From contig JAHQWK010000019.1 of the NCBI GenBank assembly GCA_029856145.1, positions 1,927 to 65,926 of the forward strand: a DNA stretch of 64,000 nucleotides, in the 5' to 3' direction. Numbering within the stretch: the first letter of the stretch is position 1; each line of letters begins with the position of its first letter. The DNA is from Promethearchaeia archaeon. GTDB lineage: Archaea; Asgardarchaeota; Lokiarchaeia; Sigyniarchaeales; SOKP01. The position numbers and the translations under genes are program-made. Positions 1 through 10,383 of this stretch are shown piece after piece. A model generated the notes under the pieces. That model saw only the letters and a program-made list of their open reading frames with translations, was not told where the DNA came from and ran no database searches.

Positions 1-2
1 TA

Positions 3-782
3 GGAGGTACTAAGACAACAATAAAACCAGATGGTGATGGTTTTGTTGTGAATGGTGAAAAAATGTATATTAGTGGAGTAAGGGAGGCAGCAACACATGG
101 GGGCGGACATATCACAATTGCCCATCAAACACCTGAGCGTGGGACAAGAGGTATGACTACATTTTATTTACCATTAACAGCTGAAGGAATTACCCCTACT
201 TATATAAACGATTTAGGTAGAGAGGGGATTTCATGTGGTGGTTTCGCTATAGATAATGTAAAAATCCCTAAACATTATATATTAGGAGAAGAAAACAAAG
301 GATTTTATATACTTCATGAAGGATATGAATATGCAAGGGCATTAATTTCTGTTATTTGTGCATCCGCCGGCTTGAAATCGCTGGAAAACGGAATTAATTA
401 TATTAAAGAAAGAAAATCATTTGGAAAACCTTTAGCACAATATCAAGAAATAAACTTTAGACTATCTGAACATTATACAAAATTGAATATGCTTAGGGAT
501 TTGGGTTATAAAGCTTTAAAAACTATTGATTTAGAACAAGAAGGCAAGGTAAGTAGATTCGAGACAAGCAATATTGTGGCTCAAGCAAAAATGTTCTGCT
601 CAGATTGGGCTTGTGAGGCTATAAATGATGTCATGCAATGGCAAGGTGCTTTTGGATATTCACGAGAATGCCCTGATCAAGCTGCATGGAGAGCTGTTAG
701 ATCATTCTCACTTGCAGAAGGAACTAAAGAAGTAATGAAAATGATTGTAGCAAGAGAACTACTTGGTAAGAAACAATATTAA
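3..782 (+). CDS. Acyl-CoA dehydrogenase (5'-truncated by window edge)
   Basis: Frame open from position 3. Motifs NGEKMYISG, ERKSFGKPL, QWQGAFGY, AEGTKEVMK. Confidence 0.9.
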   Translation, partial: GGTKTTIKPDGDGFVVNGEKMYISGVREAATHGGGHITIAHQTPERGTRGMTTFYLPLTAEGITPTYINDLGREGISCGGFAIDNVKIPKHYILGEENKGFYILHEGYEYARALISVICASAGLKSLENGINYIKERKSFGKPLAQYQEINFRLSEHYTKLNMLRDLGYKALKTIDLEQEGKVSRFETSNIVAQAKMFCSDWACEAINDVMQWQGAFGYSRECPDQAAWRAVRSFSLAEGTKEVMKMIVARELLGKKQY

Positions 783-882
783 AATTTTTTTATATTTTTT
801 ATTTTTCCATTCTTAATAAGTTTCATAAAGAAATTGAGTCACTCGGAAATAACCTTAATCATAAAATAAAAAAAGGATTTAG

Positions 883-1701
883 TTAATGAGCTTCTATTTC
901 AATTTTCTCAGTTAAAAAATCATTTATCATAATACTTACTCTTTCTGGATATGGTTGGAAGAGAAAATGAGCTGTTTTATCCAACATTATCATTTTTGCA
1001 CCAGGGATTCTTTTTGCTAATATTTCAGCATTTTTTGGCGGGACTAAAACATCCTCTGTCCCATGAAGTATTAAAGTAGGAGCCTCAATCTTTTTAAGTC
1101 TCATGGCTGTGCTAAATCCCATTTCTGCGCTTACTTGGCGTTGATATGAATCTAGCGAGATTGGAATTTTAAGTATTCGCTGTTTATATGACTCTATGAA
1201 ATCTGGATTATTTTTAAAGAAATCATCTGTAAAGCAGAGGGACAATATTTCATTAACTAATTCTTCTGGTGTCATTTTTCTAGGGGTCATCATCATTTGT
1301 ATGATTTCATTAGAAGGATATACTTGTTTAGATCCTCCGCAATGAGTACAACAAAGTACTAGCTTTTCAACTCTCTCAGGATAATTAAGCGCTATTTCCT
1401 GAGCAATCATTCCACCCATTGAAACTCCAAGTACATGAGCTTTTTCTATATTTAAAGCATTCATTAGCCCTACAGTATCATCAGCAAACATTTTTATCGA
1501 ATAATCCATTACAGATTTATCAGTCCGCCCGGATCCTCTATTATCAAAAATAATAGTTTTAAAATATTTTGATGGTGCTTCTATTTGTTCTGGAATCCAC
1601 CAGTTAACATCACAGGGAGATCCTGATATCATGACATACGGAAAACCCTCTCCATGAATTTCATAATATATATTAATATCATTTACTTTTATTGTAGGCA
1701 A
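883..1701 (-). CDS. Alpha/beta hydrolase (3-oxoadipate enol-lactonase-like)
   Basis: DNRGSG, GVSMGG nucleophile elbow, HGTED, C-terminal His. Confidence 0.9.
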   Translation of the reverse strand: MPTIKVNDINIYYEIHGEGFPYVMISGSPCDVNWWIPEQIEAPSKYFKTIIFDNRGSGRTDKSVMDYSIKMFADDTVGLMNALNIEKAHVLGVSMGGMIAQEIALNYPERVEKLVLCCTHCGGSKQVYPSNEIIQMMMTPRKMTPEELVNEILSLCFTDDFFKNNPDFIESYKQRILKIPISLDSYQRQVSAEMGFSTAMRLKKIEAPTLILHGTEDVLVPPKNAEILAKRIPGAKMIMLDKTAHFLFQPYPERVSIMINDFLTEKIEIEAH

Positions 1702-1892
1702 GTAAAAACCACTTCAATTTGGAATTATTTTTATGCAAATTTCGGATTAATAGTATATTTCTAAGATTATTTATTATTTAATTTTTCGGGATTTGGTATT
1801 TCATATTGGAATTATGAAAAAACAATAATAATTAACTTTTTTTTTGATTTTTAATATCCTTATTTAACTCTTAAAAGATTAATTGTGAAACT

Positions 1893-2681
1893 ATGAAATT
1901 TATAGTGTGTGTAAAACAGGTACCAGATACAACTGAGGTTAAAATCGATCCTGAAACGAACACCTTGATAAGAGAGGGTGTCCCTAGCATTCTGAATCCA
2001 TTCGATCAGTTTGCGCTTGAAGAAGCTATTAAGATCAGACAAGAAGGAGATGAAATTATTGTTGTTTCAATGGGACCACCTCAAGCTAAAAAAGCCTTAT
2101 TGAAATGTCTTGCATTAGGAGCAGATAGAGCTGTTTTGCTTAGTGACAGAGCTTTTGCTGGTGCTGATACATGGGCAACATCGTTTACTTTAACTCAGTG
2201 TATCAAGAAAATTGGTGATTTCAATATTATTTTTTGTGGTTTACAAGCCATTGATGGAGACACTGCTCAAGTAGGACCTGAAATTGCTGCTCAACTAGGG
2301 ATCCCTCAGATAACTTATGTTGAAAGTGTTGAAAAATTAGAAGGAAAAAAATTGATCGCAAAAGTTCAAACCGATGATGGATACAAAATTGTAGAAACAA
2401 GACTCCCAGTACTCATAACTGGAATAACTCCGTCCTCATTTGAGCCAACAAATCCTCCTATGATGAGTATAATGAAAGCAAATAAAAAACCATTTTCTAC
2501 ATGGGATGCTGACGAACTTGGGGGTAGTAAAGATAATTATGGATTGAATGGGTCATTAACAGAAGTTATTAAAGTTTACTCGCCTCCGGCAAGGGAGCAA
2601 GGAGTCATTATTGATGAGGAAACAGCTGAAGCTGCGGTCCAAAAATTAATCGATTTATTATCAAAAGATAAGGTGATTTAA
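1893..2681 (+). CDS. etfB: Electron transfer flavoprotein beta subunit
   Basis: VCVKQVPDT, AGADTWAT, QAIDGDTAQVGP. Confidence 0.95.
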   Translation: MKFIVCVKQVPDTTEVKIDPETNTLIREGVPSILNPFDQFALEEAIKIRQEGDEIIVVSMGPPQAKKALLKCLALGADRAVLLSDRAFAGADTWATSFTLTQCIKKIGDFNIIFCGLQAIDGDTAQVGPEIAAQLGIPQITYVESVEKLEGKKLIAKVQTDDGYKIVETRLPVLITGITPSSFEPTNPPMMSIMKANKKPFSTWDADELGGSKDNYGLNGSLTEVIKVYSPPAREQGVIIDEETAEAAVQKLIDLLSKDKVI

Positions 2682-2682
2682 A

Positions 2683-3876
2683 CTGATAAACGTAGATAAA
2701 GAAAAATGTACTGGATGTGGACTGTGCGAAAAAGCATGCCCATTTGGAGCAATAACAATCGTGGATAAAATCGCAGTAATAGGAGATGAATGTACTCTTT
2801 GTGGTGCTTGTGTTGATATATGCAATGTGGAAGCAATAACTATCCAACGGAAAAAAATTGAAGATGTTGATTTATCACAATATCAAGATGTCTGGATTGT
2901 TGCGGAAATAAAAGATAATAAAGTAAGAAATGTATCTTTTGAATTGCTAGGTAAGGCTAAAGAGCTTGCTAATGAATTAAAGCAAAAACCATGTGTCTTA
3001 CTTTTAGGAGATAATGTAAAAAGATTCTCTCAAGATTTTTCAAACCGCGGTGCCAATAGAATATATGTTGCAGAACATGAAGCTCTTAAAGATTATTACA
3101 CTGAAACTTATTCTTCTGTTATCACGGGTATAATCTCAAAATACAAACCAAATATTGTATTATATCCCGCAACAATAAATGGAAGGGATCTAGCACCAAG
3201 GGTGGCTGCTACTCTTGAATTAGGACTTACTGCTGATTGTACTGGCTTATCTATACGAGAGGGATTATTATTACAAACAAGACCTGCATTTGGCGGAAAT
3301 ATTATGGCAGATATTATATGTCCTGCAACACGCCCACAAATGGCAACAGTTAGACCTAATGTTATGGAAATGGCGCCAATCCAAGGCAATAATAATGCAG
3401 AAATCATAGAAGTACCTGTAAAAGTAGATCTCCAAAGTTTGAAGGTAAAAACTAAAGAAATTATCAGTGGAGCTGCTTTTGAATGTGGTATTCCAGTTTG
3501 CGAAGCAGATGCAATTGTATCTGGAGGAAGAGGTGTTGGGAGTAAGGAGAATTTTAAATTAATTGAAGATTTAGCTGTTGTTTTAAATGCTGCAGTAGGA
3601 GCAAGCAGAGCAGCAGTAGATTTAGGTTGGATTCCAAAATCACAACAAGTTGGACAAAGTGGAAATACCGTTTCTCCGAAGATTTATATCGCATGTGGAA
3701 TCTCAGGAACGATCCAACATTTAGTTGGAATGAAAACTAGTGATATAATTATTGCGATAAATAAAGATCCTGAAGCTTCGATATTTAGCGTAGCTAATTA
3801 TGGTATTATTGGAGATCTTTGTGAAGTTTTGCCTCTATTAACTAAGGCTTTAGAGAAAAAGTTAAGTGAAAATTAA
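2683..3876 (+). CDS. etfA: Electron transfer flavoprotein alpha subunit with N-terminal 2x[4Fe-4S] ferredoxin; start extended to CTG 2683
   Basis: In-frame upstream extension encodes CTGCGLCEKACP, which pairs with CTLCGACVDIC. ETF motifs GLTADC, RPAFGG, SGGRG, QVGQSG, AINKD. GGTGA SD lies 6 nt before the CTG. Confidence 0.9.
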   Translation: MINVDKEKCTGCGLCEKACPFGAITIVDKIAVIGDECTLCGACVDICNVEAITIQRKKIEDVDLSQYQDVWIVAEIKDNKVRNVSFELLGKAKELANELKQKPCVLLLGDNVKRFSQDFSNRGANRIYVAEHEALKDYYTETYSSVITGIISKYKPNIVLYPATINGRDLAPRVAATLELGLTADCTGLSIREGLLLQTRPAFGGNIMADIICPATRPQMATVRPNVMEMAPIQGNNNAEIIEVPVKVDLQSLKVKTKEIISGAAFECGIPVCEADAIVSGGRGVGSKENFKLIEDLAVVLNAAVGASRAAVDLGWIPKSQQVGQSGNTVSPKIYIACGISGTIQHLVGMKTSDIIIAINKDPEASIFSVANYGIIGDLCEVLPLLTKALEKKLSEN

Positions 3877-3982
3877 ATTTACAAAAGATTCTTCAAGAAA
3901 AATATTTATTAGACCAAAAAGAATTTTAAGTTACATATAGAAAAAGAGTTTCTAGTCAGCATATATTTTGGAGGTGGTTTAG

Positions 3983-4456
3983 ATGGCATATACACAAGCT
4001 CCTCATCTAACTGATAAAGAAATAGATGATTTTCTGAAAAAAGCTCCGACGGCAAGAATATGCAGTATCAATGAAGAAGGTACCATACATGCAGTTCCTG
4101 TTTGGTTTAAGTATGAAAATAGACAATTTATTATATGGACACCAGAAAAAAGTCGTAAAATTAGAAATATTGTGAGAAACAACAATGTAACATTATCAAT
4201 TGATGAAGGGAGTCCATCCACTAGGGGGGTTATAGTTTATGGTAAAGCTGAAGTAGATTACAGAGAATGGAATACAGAAGCTATTAATAAACTTGAAAAA
4301 TACATGTCTAGAGAAGAAGCCGAAAAGGCTTGGCAAATTATGAATGAGTGGGCGAAATGGGTGAAAATTACTGTTAATCCAGAACGAATGGCATCGTTTG
4401 ATTATGATAAAGATGATAAATGGCAAGAACTGCTAACTAAAATGGGATGGAAGTAA
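3983..4456 (+). CDS. Pyridoxamine 5'-phosphate oxidase-like (split-barrel flavin/F420-binding) protein
   Basis: GTIHAVPVWF, SRKIRNIVRNNNVTL, GVIVYGKAE. Confidence 0.8.
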   Translation: MAYTQAPHLTDKEIDDFLKKAPTARICSINEEGTIHAVPVWFKYENRQFIIWTPEKSRKIRNIVRNNNVTLSIDEGSPSTRGVIVYGKAEVDYREWNTEAINKLEKYMSREEAEKAWQIMNEWAKWVKITVNPERMASFDYDKDDKWQELLTKMGWK

Positions 4457-4522
4457 AAAGTACTATAATTTTAAATATTTTGAAATAATTAAAATGCTTA
4501 ATTGCACTCATTTAAAACCTAA

Positions 4523-5581
4523 GTGTTGAACATGTCTATTCCCTATCACAAGTTCGGTCAGATAACCATTGCGAAAGTAAGCAACTCTGATGAATTAAAG
4601 CAGTTATTGATTGACCCGTGGCTCGAATCTGAGACCATCATTATCAAACCGAACTGGGTGTCAGCCGAACCGGCCGCTTTCATCGACTCCAAAACTTTGA
4701 GAATGATATTGGAGACACTTGACTCCCACATCGTGGTCACGGAGTCACATACACACTCATTTAACCTTCTTGAGGAAGGGATGAGCTTCACCATCGGAGA
4801 TAAGGATATCAATTGGAAGTGGTTCACAAAGGATGACGGTTGGAACTGGCTCATCGAAAACCCAGACTGGGACTGGTTCAAGAAAAGCGGGTACTGGGAC
4901 AAGCTCAAGAAAGTGGACAAAGTCTTTTTAGATGAATATGGTTTCACTGATCTCTTCAAGGAGTTTGACGTCAGTTACATTAATGTAACCGATGAAGTCT
5001 GGAATGGAAGGATAGCAGAACCAACTGAAGTAAAGAGGTTAGTTGAGTCACGTTTTAGCCCGGTCCAAGTAGATAAGCTCTATGGTATTGTACCAAAAAA
5101 ACTTTACGACCTGTGTGGATCAACGTTCATCAGTTTTGCCAAGCTGAAGCACTACGCCTCCTTTACTATAAAGAACATTTTTGGAATGATACCTGATCCA
5201 ATGAGGCCTTGGTGGCATGGTCTAAATAATTCGAGAATTGCTACAAGCATAATCGATATCAACAAGATATACCATTCTCTCTTCAATGTTTACGGGATAT
5301 GTGAAGCATTGAACGCCACAGCTTTCCCTCACCCAGAAGGTAAGTTCGAAGATTTATTCATGGGTAAGTATAACATTATAGAGGAATTGGGGGTTGTGAC
5401 CTTTGGTAGACATCTTGTATCCCTTGACGCTATCATCCTTAACCTTACTGATCAATGGATAAAGCAGGTTACAGAGATAAATAAGGTACCGATTGACATG
5501 GCCCAGGAGGAGTTCGGAGCCTACGATAGGGGGTTACTCAAAGAATCAAAATTGAAGGTGGGGAACTGGTTATCACCCTAA
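4523..5581 (+). CDS. DUF362-like Fe-S/racemase-family protein
   Basis: IIIKPNWVS, KLKH...TIKNIFG, VSLDA motifs. Confidence 0.7.
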   Translation: MLNMSIPYHKFGQITIAKVSNSDELKQLLIDPWLESETIIIKPNWVSAEPAAFIDSKTLRMILETLDSHIVVTESHTHSFNLLEEGMSFTIGDKDINWKWFTKDDGWNWLIENPDWDWFKKSGYWDKLKKVDKVFLDEYGFTDLFKEFDVSYINVTDEVWNGRIAEPTEVKRLVESRFSPVQVDKLYGIVPKKLYDLCGSTFISFAKLKHYASFTIKNIFGMIPDPMRPWWHGLNNSRIATSIIDINKIYHSLFNVYGICEALNATAFPHPEGKFEDLFMGKYNIIEELGVVTFGRHLVSLDAIILNLTDQWIKQVTEINKVPIDMAQEEFGAYDRGLLKESKLKVGNWLSP

Positions 5582-5655
5582 TTATCCTTATAACGACCTG
5601 TAGTACTTTTAATTTTATATGATTGATAAGTCTTATATTGTTGTTTCTCAAAATT

Positions 5656-8187
5656 TTAAAAAAGATCATCATCAAGATCTTCATTCCCTTCGGGGAATCT
5701 TCCGAATTCTTGTATAAATTGTTGGAGTAATTCACTCTCTCTCTTTGTGTACATCGGATCTTCATCATAATTAAAATAACAAGCTTTTGAATTTGTTGAC
5801 AACTGTTCTTCCAATGCTAAACGCAAATTAGCAGTTCCTTGTATAAAGATTATCTCTTGATTTTCATTTAAGACTTGAATCGCACCTTCAGTATTAGGGA
5901 CATTTTGAATATTCTCATTATTTAATTCTAACCATTTTTGAGGTGGAAGCACTACTGGTGAGATTTCAAAACGTAAATCGCATCTTAAGCATCGATTTGC
6001 CTCTTCTAAGGCTAATGCTTCACTAAAACCTAATTCAATTTCATTAAAACTGCTCTGACGATCTTCTAATGTTAAAAGTGGCATTTGAATACGTTGTTTA
6101 TCATAAAAAGCTTCATCACGTCCTAGGTCTGGATTAGGAACATCTGACTCGATAAGTACATCTTCAATTTCACCATTCCCTCCCAAGTATTTATCAATTG
6201 AAGAAGCGGCTCTTCGTCCCATTTCAATTGCATCAACTACAGAGCTGGGACTATTTATAACTTCTCCACCCGCAAAAATCCCAGAAACATTTGTCTCCAA
6301 AGTTCCTTCTTTTGCTTGAATTAGCCCTGATTTAGAGATATTAATTTTACTCTCACTTCCTAAAAGAGACAAATCTGGAATTTGACCTATAGCCATTATT
6401 ATTATATCGGTCTTAATGGATTTTGTATTCTTTTCATCAAATATTGGATTAAATATATTATTATCGTCGAACACAGAGTCACAGTGGATAATCTCTAATT
6501 CAGACACTTTACCATCAGTACCAATTATAGTTTTTGGTCCCCATGAGCAGTTAATTGTTATGCCTTCATCTATCGCTTTTTGAATTTCCCATTCATGAGC
6601 AGGCATCTCTTCTCTGCATTCTAAACATGTTAATTGAACATCTTTAGCCCCTAATCGTCGAGCTGTTAATGCTACATCTATAGCTACATTACCTCCACCA
6701 ATAACGATAACATTATCTGTTATTTTAACTTCTTCACCAAGATTAACCCTTTTAAGAAAGTCAAGACCCCAGAGAATATTTGGCAAATTTGAACCTTCTA
6801 GATCAAGTTTTTTAGTATTTTGAGCGCCAATGGCTAAAAAAGTTGCACTGAATCCCTGTTTTTCCAAATCATCAAGCGATAAATGTTCCCCTACAACTTT
6901 TTCAGTTTGAATCTCAATTCCCAAACTCATAATATGGTCAAGGTCTTTTTGAAGGATTGTTCTTGGCAATCGATATTCAGGAATTCCAACTCTTAACATG
7001 CCTCCCACATATGAATTTGCTTCAAATACTGTAACAGAATGCCCGAGTCTTCTCAAATAATATGCCGCTGTAAGACCCGTTGGACCAGAACCTACAACAG
7101 CTACATTTTTACCTGTTGAAGGACTGATTTTTATTTTTGTTTTCCAAAATTCACTATCATTATCCATAGCAAAACGTTTCAAGGCACAAATAGCGATAGA
7201 CTCATTAATTTGGCTTCGACGGCATTCAATTTCGCAATCATGAAAGCAAACTCTTCCAAGAACTGAAGGAAAAGGTGTTTTTTCGCGGACGACTGCTGCT
7301 GCTTCAGCATATTTCTTCTCTGAAATTAAACGAACATATCGTGGCACATCTATCCCTAATGGACAAGTGTCTCTACAAGGGACAAGTAATTTTTCGCGCT
7401 CAGCCCAAAAGATATCTTTATCTGTGAGTGCTCCTGTAGGACAAACTTCAACACAGGATCCACAAAATTTACAACCGGATTCTTTAAGAGAAGGTGCAAG
7501 GCTTCCTACTATAGTTTCTCCATTAGAATAGACAAACCCTAAGGCTTCAACACCACGAACATCTCGACAAACTCTAACACATCTAGTACATCCAATACAT
7601 AACTCATAATTTCGAATGAAAAGTGGTTCATCTTCGATAATTGCTCGCCCTTGAGGTCTATAACGTGGAGTGTCTTCTCGAATTCCAATATACTCTGCAA
7701 CTTTTTGTAATTCACATCGTCCTAAGATTGGACAACATCGTTCCTCCACCGGTACATTAGGTGAGCATGGCTCGCGAGGGCAACCTTCACGTTGCGCACA
7801 CATTAAGCATGCATGAGGATGCTTTGAAAGTATATTCATCAACTTTTCACGCCGTAAGATTTGAATTTCTGGTGAATCAGTCGAGATTATCATACCTTCT
7901 TCTACAATAGTACTACAAGATGTTGCCAATCCTTCTGTCTCTTCTATTTTTACCACACAAAGTTTACATCCTTGATGCTCTTGAGAATCAGTATTTTTAA
8001 ATTTAGAATCTCCCTGGAAAATTTCTTCATTTGGCTTTAGACCTACTAAAGGTGGCAAATCAGGATGTGCACAAAGACTAGGAATATATATTCCAGCATT
8101 TTGAGACGCTTCTAAAATAGTAGTTCCTTTCTCAGCTTCAACTTTAGTCCCATTGATAATTATTGATATCGTTTCCATTTTATACAC
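5656..8187 (-). CDS. bzdV: BzdV-like NAD(P)H:ferredoxin oxidoreductase (2Fe-2S + 4Fe-4S + GltD-like FAD domain + C-terminal GIY-YIG-like domain)
   Basis: IPSLC..CKLC, CIGCTRCVRVC, CKFCGSCVEVCP, PCRDTCP, GSGPTG, GGGNVA. Last gene of the bzd cluster. Confidence 0.8.
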   Translation of the reverse strand: MYKMETISIIINGTKVEAEKGTTILEASQNAGIYIPSLCAHPDLPPLVGLKPNEEIFQGDSKFKNTDSQEHQGCKLCVVKIEETEGLATSCSTIVEEGMIISTDSPEIQILRREKLMNILSKHPHACLMCAQREGCPREPCSPNVPVEERCCPILGRCELQKVAEYIGIREDTPRYRPQGRAIIEDEPLFIRNYELCIGCTRCVRVCRDVRGVEALGFVYSNGETIVGSLAPSLKESGCKFCGSCVEVCPTGALTDKDIFWAEREKLLVPCRDTCPLGIDVPRYVRLISEKKYAEAAAVVREKTPFPSVLGRVCFHDCEIECRRSQINESIAICALKRFAMDNDSEFWKTKIKISPSTGKNVAVVGSGPTGLTAAYYLRRLGHSVTVFEANSYVGGMLRVGIPEYRLPRTILQKDLDHIMSLGIEIQTEKVVGEHLSLDDLEKQGFSATFLAIGAQNTKKLDLEGSNLPNILWGLDFLKRVNLGEEVKITDNVIVIGGGNVAIDVALTARRLGAKDVQLTCLECREEMPAHEWEIQKAIDEGITINCSWGPKTIIGTDGKVSELEIIHCDSVFDDNNIFNPIFDEKNTKSIKTDIIIMAIGQIPDLSLLGSESKINISKSGLIQAKEGTLETNVSGIFAGGEVINSPSSVVDAIEMGRRAASSIDKYLGGNGEIEDVLIESDVPNPDLGRDEAFYDKQRIQMPLLTLEDRQSSFNEIELGFSEALALEEANRCLRCDLRFEISPVVLPPQKWLELNNENIQNVPNTEGAIQVLNENQEIIFIQGTANLRLALEEQLSTNSKACYFNYDEDPMYTKRESELLQQFIQEFGRFPEGNEDLDDDLF

Positions 8188-8286
8188 TCTCTAAAATTAA
8201 TTAATTCTAGAAGTAATCAAAAAAAAAAATTATGGTATAGATCGATAATAATAACTGAAAATAATAAATAAAGATGTGTTTATGGA

Positions 8287-8577
8287 TTACCAAGAATGAG
8301 TTATTGCTCCAGGTTCACAGGCTTTTACACAAGGTAATTCTTTTGCTTCACCACTGGGCTTACAAGGAGCACATGAGTATTTAATCTTCTTACGGTGTTC
8401 TTCAGAAACAATTGCGATAATTTCATCACCTAAAGGATCTAACTCATCTTCTGCCATTTCGAGAACACCAGCAGGACATACTTCTACACATTTTCCACAT
8501 GAAGTACATAAATCCGTATCTATAGTAATAAAATACTCTCCCGAACCATCCTTGTAACCATAATTAGCTTTTGTCAT
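8287..8577 (-). CDS. bzdM: Benzoyl-CoA reductase-associated ferredoxin
   Basis: ANYGYKDGSGEYFITID, CTSCGKCVEVCP, KIKYSCAPCKP, AITHSW. Confidence 0.9.
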   Translation of the reverse strand: MTKANYGYKDGSGEYFITIDTDLCTSCGKCVEVCPAGVLEMAEDELDPLGDEIIAIVSEEHRKKIKYSCAPCKPSGEAKELPCVKACEPGAITHSW

Positions 8578-8613
8578 TTACTTCCTCCAATTTTGGATTA
8601 TTAATTAAATAAT

Positions 8614-9501
8614 TTAAGCTTTCTTGCGTTCTTTTTCGACAAGGGCTTTAGCAAATAAGGCAGCACCAATTGCTCCTGCAAGTTGTGGGTCGATACTTGG
8701 CTCAGGAGCTTTGAGTTTTAACTCATCTTCAATTCTTTTGACTACTCCAACATTTTTAGCAATCCCACCAGTTATAGCAAATTTCTCTTCTATTCCAAGT
8801 CGTAATAAAAGAGTCACTACACGATGCGCCATGGCTGAACAATATGCTGCCAAAACTTTTTCTTTTGGCCACCCCTTTCTCAGTAATCCAACTGCTTCTG
8901 ACTTTGCAAATACTACACAAGTACTACTAACTGGTTCAGGTTCTTCATCCACCTCTAAGGACATTTTTCCTACATCATTAATATGTACTTGAAGTAAATC
9001 AGCAAATACTTCCATTCCTCTGCCTGTTCCTGCCGCACACTTGTCATTCATAAGAAACGCTGTTACTTTACCGCGTTGATCACAGCGTATTGCTTTACAA
9101 TCTTGACCACCCATGTCCAAAACTGTTCTTATCTCAGGACCATAAATAAAGTTAGCACCTCGCGCATGACATGCAATTTCTGTAATTGCTCTCTTTGCGA
9201 ATGGAACATTGACTCGTCCATATCCTGTTCCTACAACATATTGAATTTTATCTAGAGGTAAACTAGTACCCTCAAGCGCCCAATCCATAGCATTATTCGC
9301 ACTATCTGGACTATTACTTCCAGTTCGCATACTTGAATAACAGTATAATTCTCCATCTACCATTATTACAGCTTGAGTACTAACTGATCCAACATCCACT
9401 CCAGCTGAAATGATATCACCATCTTCCCAACTTAAGTCGGGATTGGTATAACGAGATTCGGTCCATCTCCAATATTCCTTTTCTGATTCTGCATTTGACA
9501 T
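8614..9501 (-). CDS. bzdQ: Benzoyl-CoA reductase (Bzd type) ATPase subunit Q
   Basis: EYWRW N-terminus, GVDVGSVS, TGYGR, EIACHARG, DMGGQD, MNDKCAAGTG. Confidence 0.93.
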   Translation of the reverse strand: MSNAESEKEYWRWTESRYTNPDLSWEDGDIISAGVDVGSVSTQAVIMVDGELYCYSSMRTGSNSPDSANNAMDWALEGTSLPLDKIQYVVGTGYGRVNVPFAKRAITEIACHARGANFIYGPEIRTVLDMGGQDCKAIRCDQRGKVTAFLMNDKCAAGTGRGMEVFADLLQVHINDVGKMSLEVDEEPEPVSSTCVVFAKSEAVGLLRKGWPKEKVLAAYCSAMAHRVVTLLLRLGIEEKFAITGGIAKNVGVVKRIEDELKLKAPEPSIDPQLAGAIGAALFAKALVEKERKKA

Positions 9502-9506
9502 TTTTA

Positions 9507-10292
9507 TTAACCTCCACTTTTTTCTTGGGCTATAAGTGCTGCTCCTAAAGCACTCACATATTCTGGGGCAATTCTGTCCTTGGGTACCAAGAGATCAAAC
9601 CCTAGATTTTTATTCATGGCATCCACAAATCCTATATTATTCGCAACACCACCTATCAACGCTACATCTTTCTCAATACCTATTTGACGAACCATGCTTG
9701 TATTTCTATCCGCAATTGCATCATGAACAGCACGAATTATATCTTCTTTAAGAGTTTTTTGGTGAATTAATGATACTACCTCAGATTCAGCAAAAATCGT
9801 ACATTGTGCATTCATAGGGATTTTTTTTGTTGATTTTAAAGATAACTCTCCCATAGTTTCAATATCTACTTCTAATGCTCTCGACATAGCTTCTATAAAC
9901 GCACCTGCTCCTGCAGCACATTTTTCATTTATTCCAAAATCCTTAACTTTTCCTTGATCATCGATTTTTACAACTAATCCTTCCTCAGCTCCAATATCAA
10001 TGATTGTACGGGTTGAAGGGAAGAGAAGATAAGTACCACGAGCATCTGCCGTTATCGTAGTGATTGTATCATTGGAAAACTTAATTGCTTCCATTCCAGC
10101 TCCAGTAGCCGTAATATGTTTAACCTCGTCACGTTTAATTCCAGCTTTTTCAAGAGCACTGTTTAATGCTTGTTCTGCTGATTCTTCTTGATCAAATCCA
10201 CTTAATACAGAAGCTGTCGACAAAATATTCCCTTCCTTCATAAGAACAACTTTAGTATTTTTAGATCCGCAATCAATTCCAGCTGTTATCAT
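9507..10292 (-). CDS. bzdP: Benzoyl-CoA reductase (Bzd type) ATPase subunit P
   Basis: MITAGIDCGS, DIGAEE, NEKCAAGAG, AQCTIFAESEVVSLIH. Confidence 0.93.
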   Translation of the reverse strand: MITAGIDCGSKNTKVVLMKEGNILSTASVLSGFDQEESAEQALNSALEKAGIKRDEVKHITATGAGMEAIKFSNDTITTITADARGTYLLFPSTRTIIDIGAEEGLVVKIDDQGKVKDFGINEKCAAGAGAFIEAMSRALEVDIETMGELSLKSTKKIPMNAQCTIFAESEVVSLIHQKTLKEDIIRAVHDAIADRNTSMVRQIGIEKDVALIGGVANNIGFVDAMNKNLGFDLLVPKDRIAPEYVSALGAALIAQEKSGG

Positions 10293-10383
10293 ATTAAATC
10301 ATTTTATCTTTTCAATTTAATTCTTATTGAATAACTTTTTCTTGATTTTAATCCTAATTTTTAAAAAAATATCTGTAATTTGA

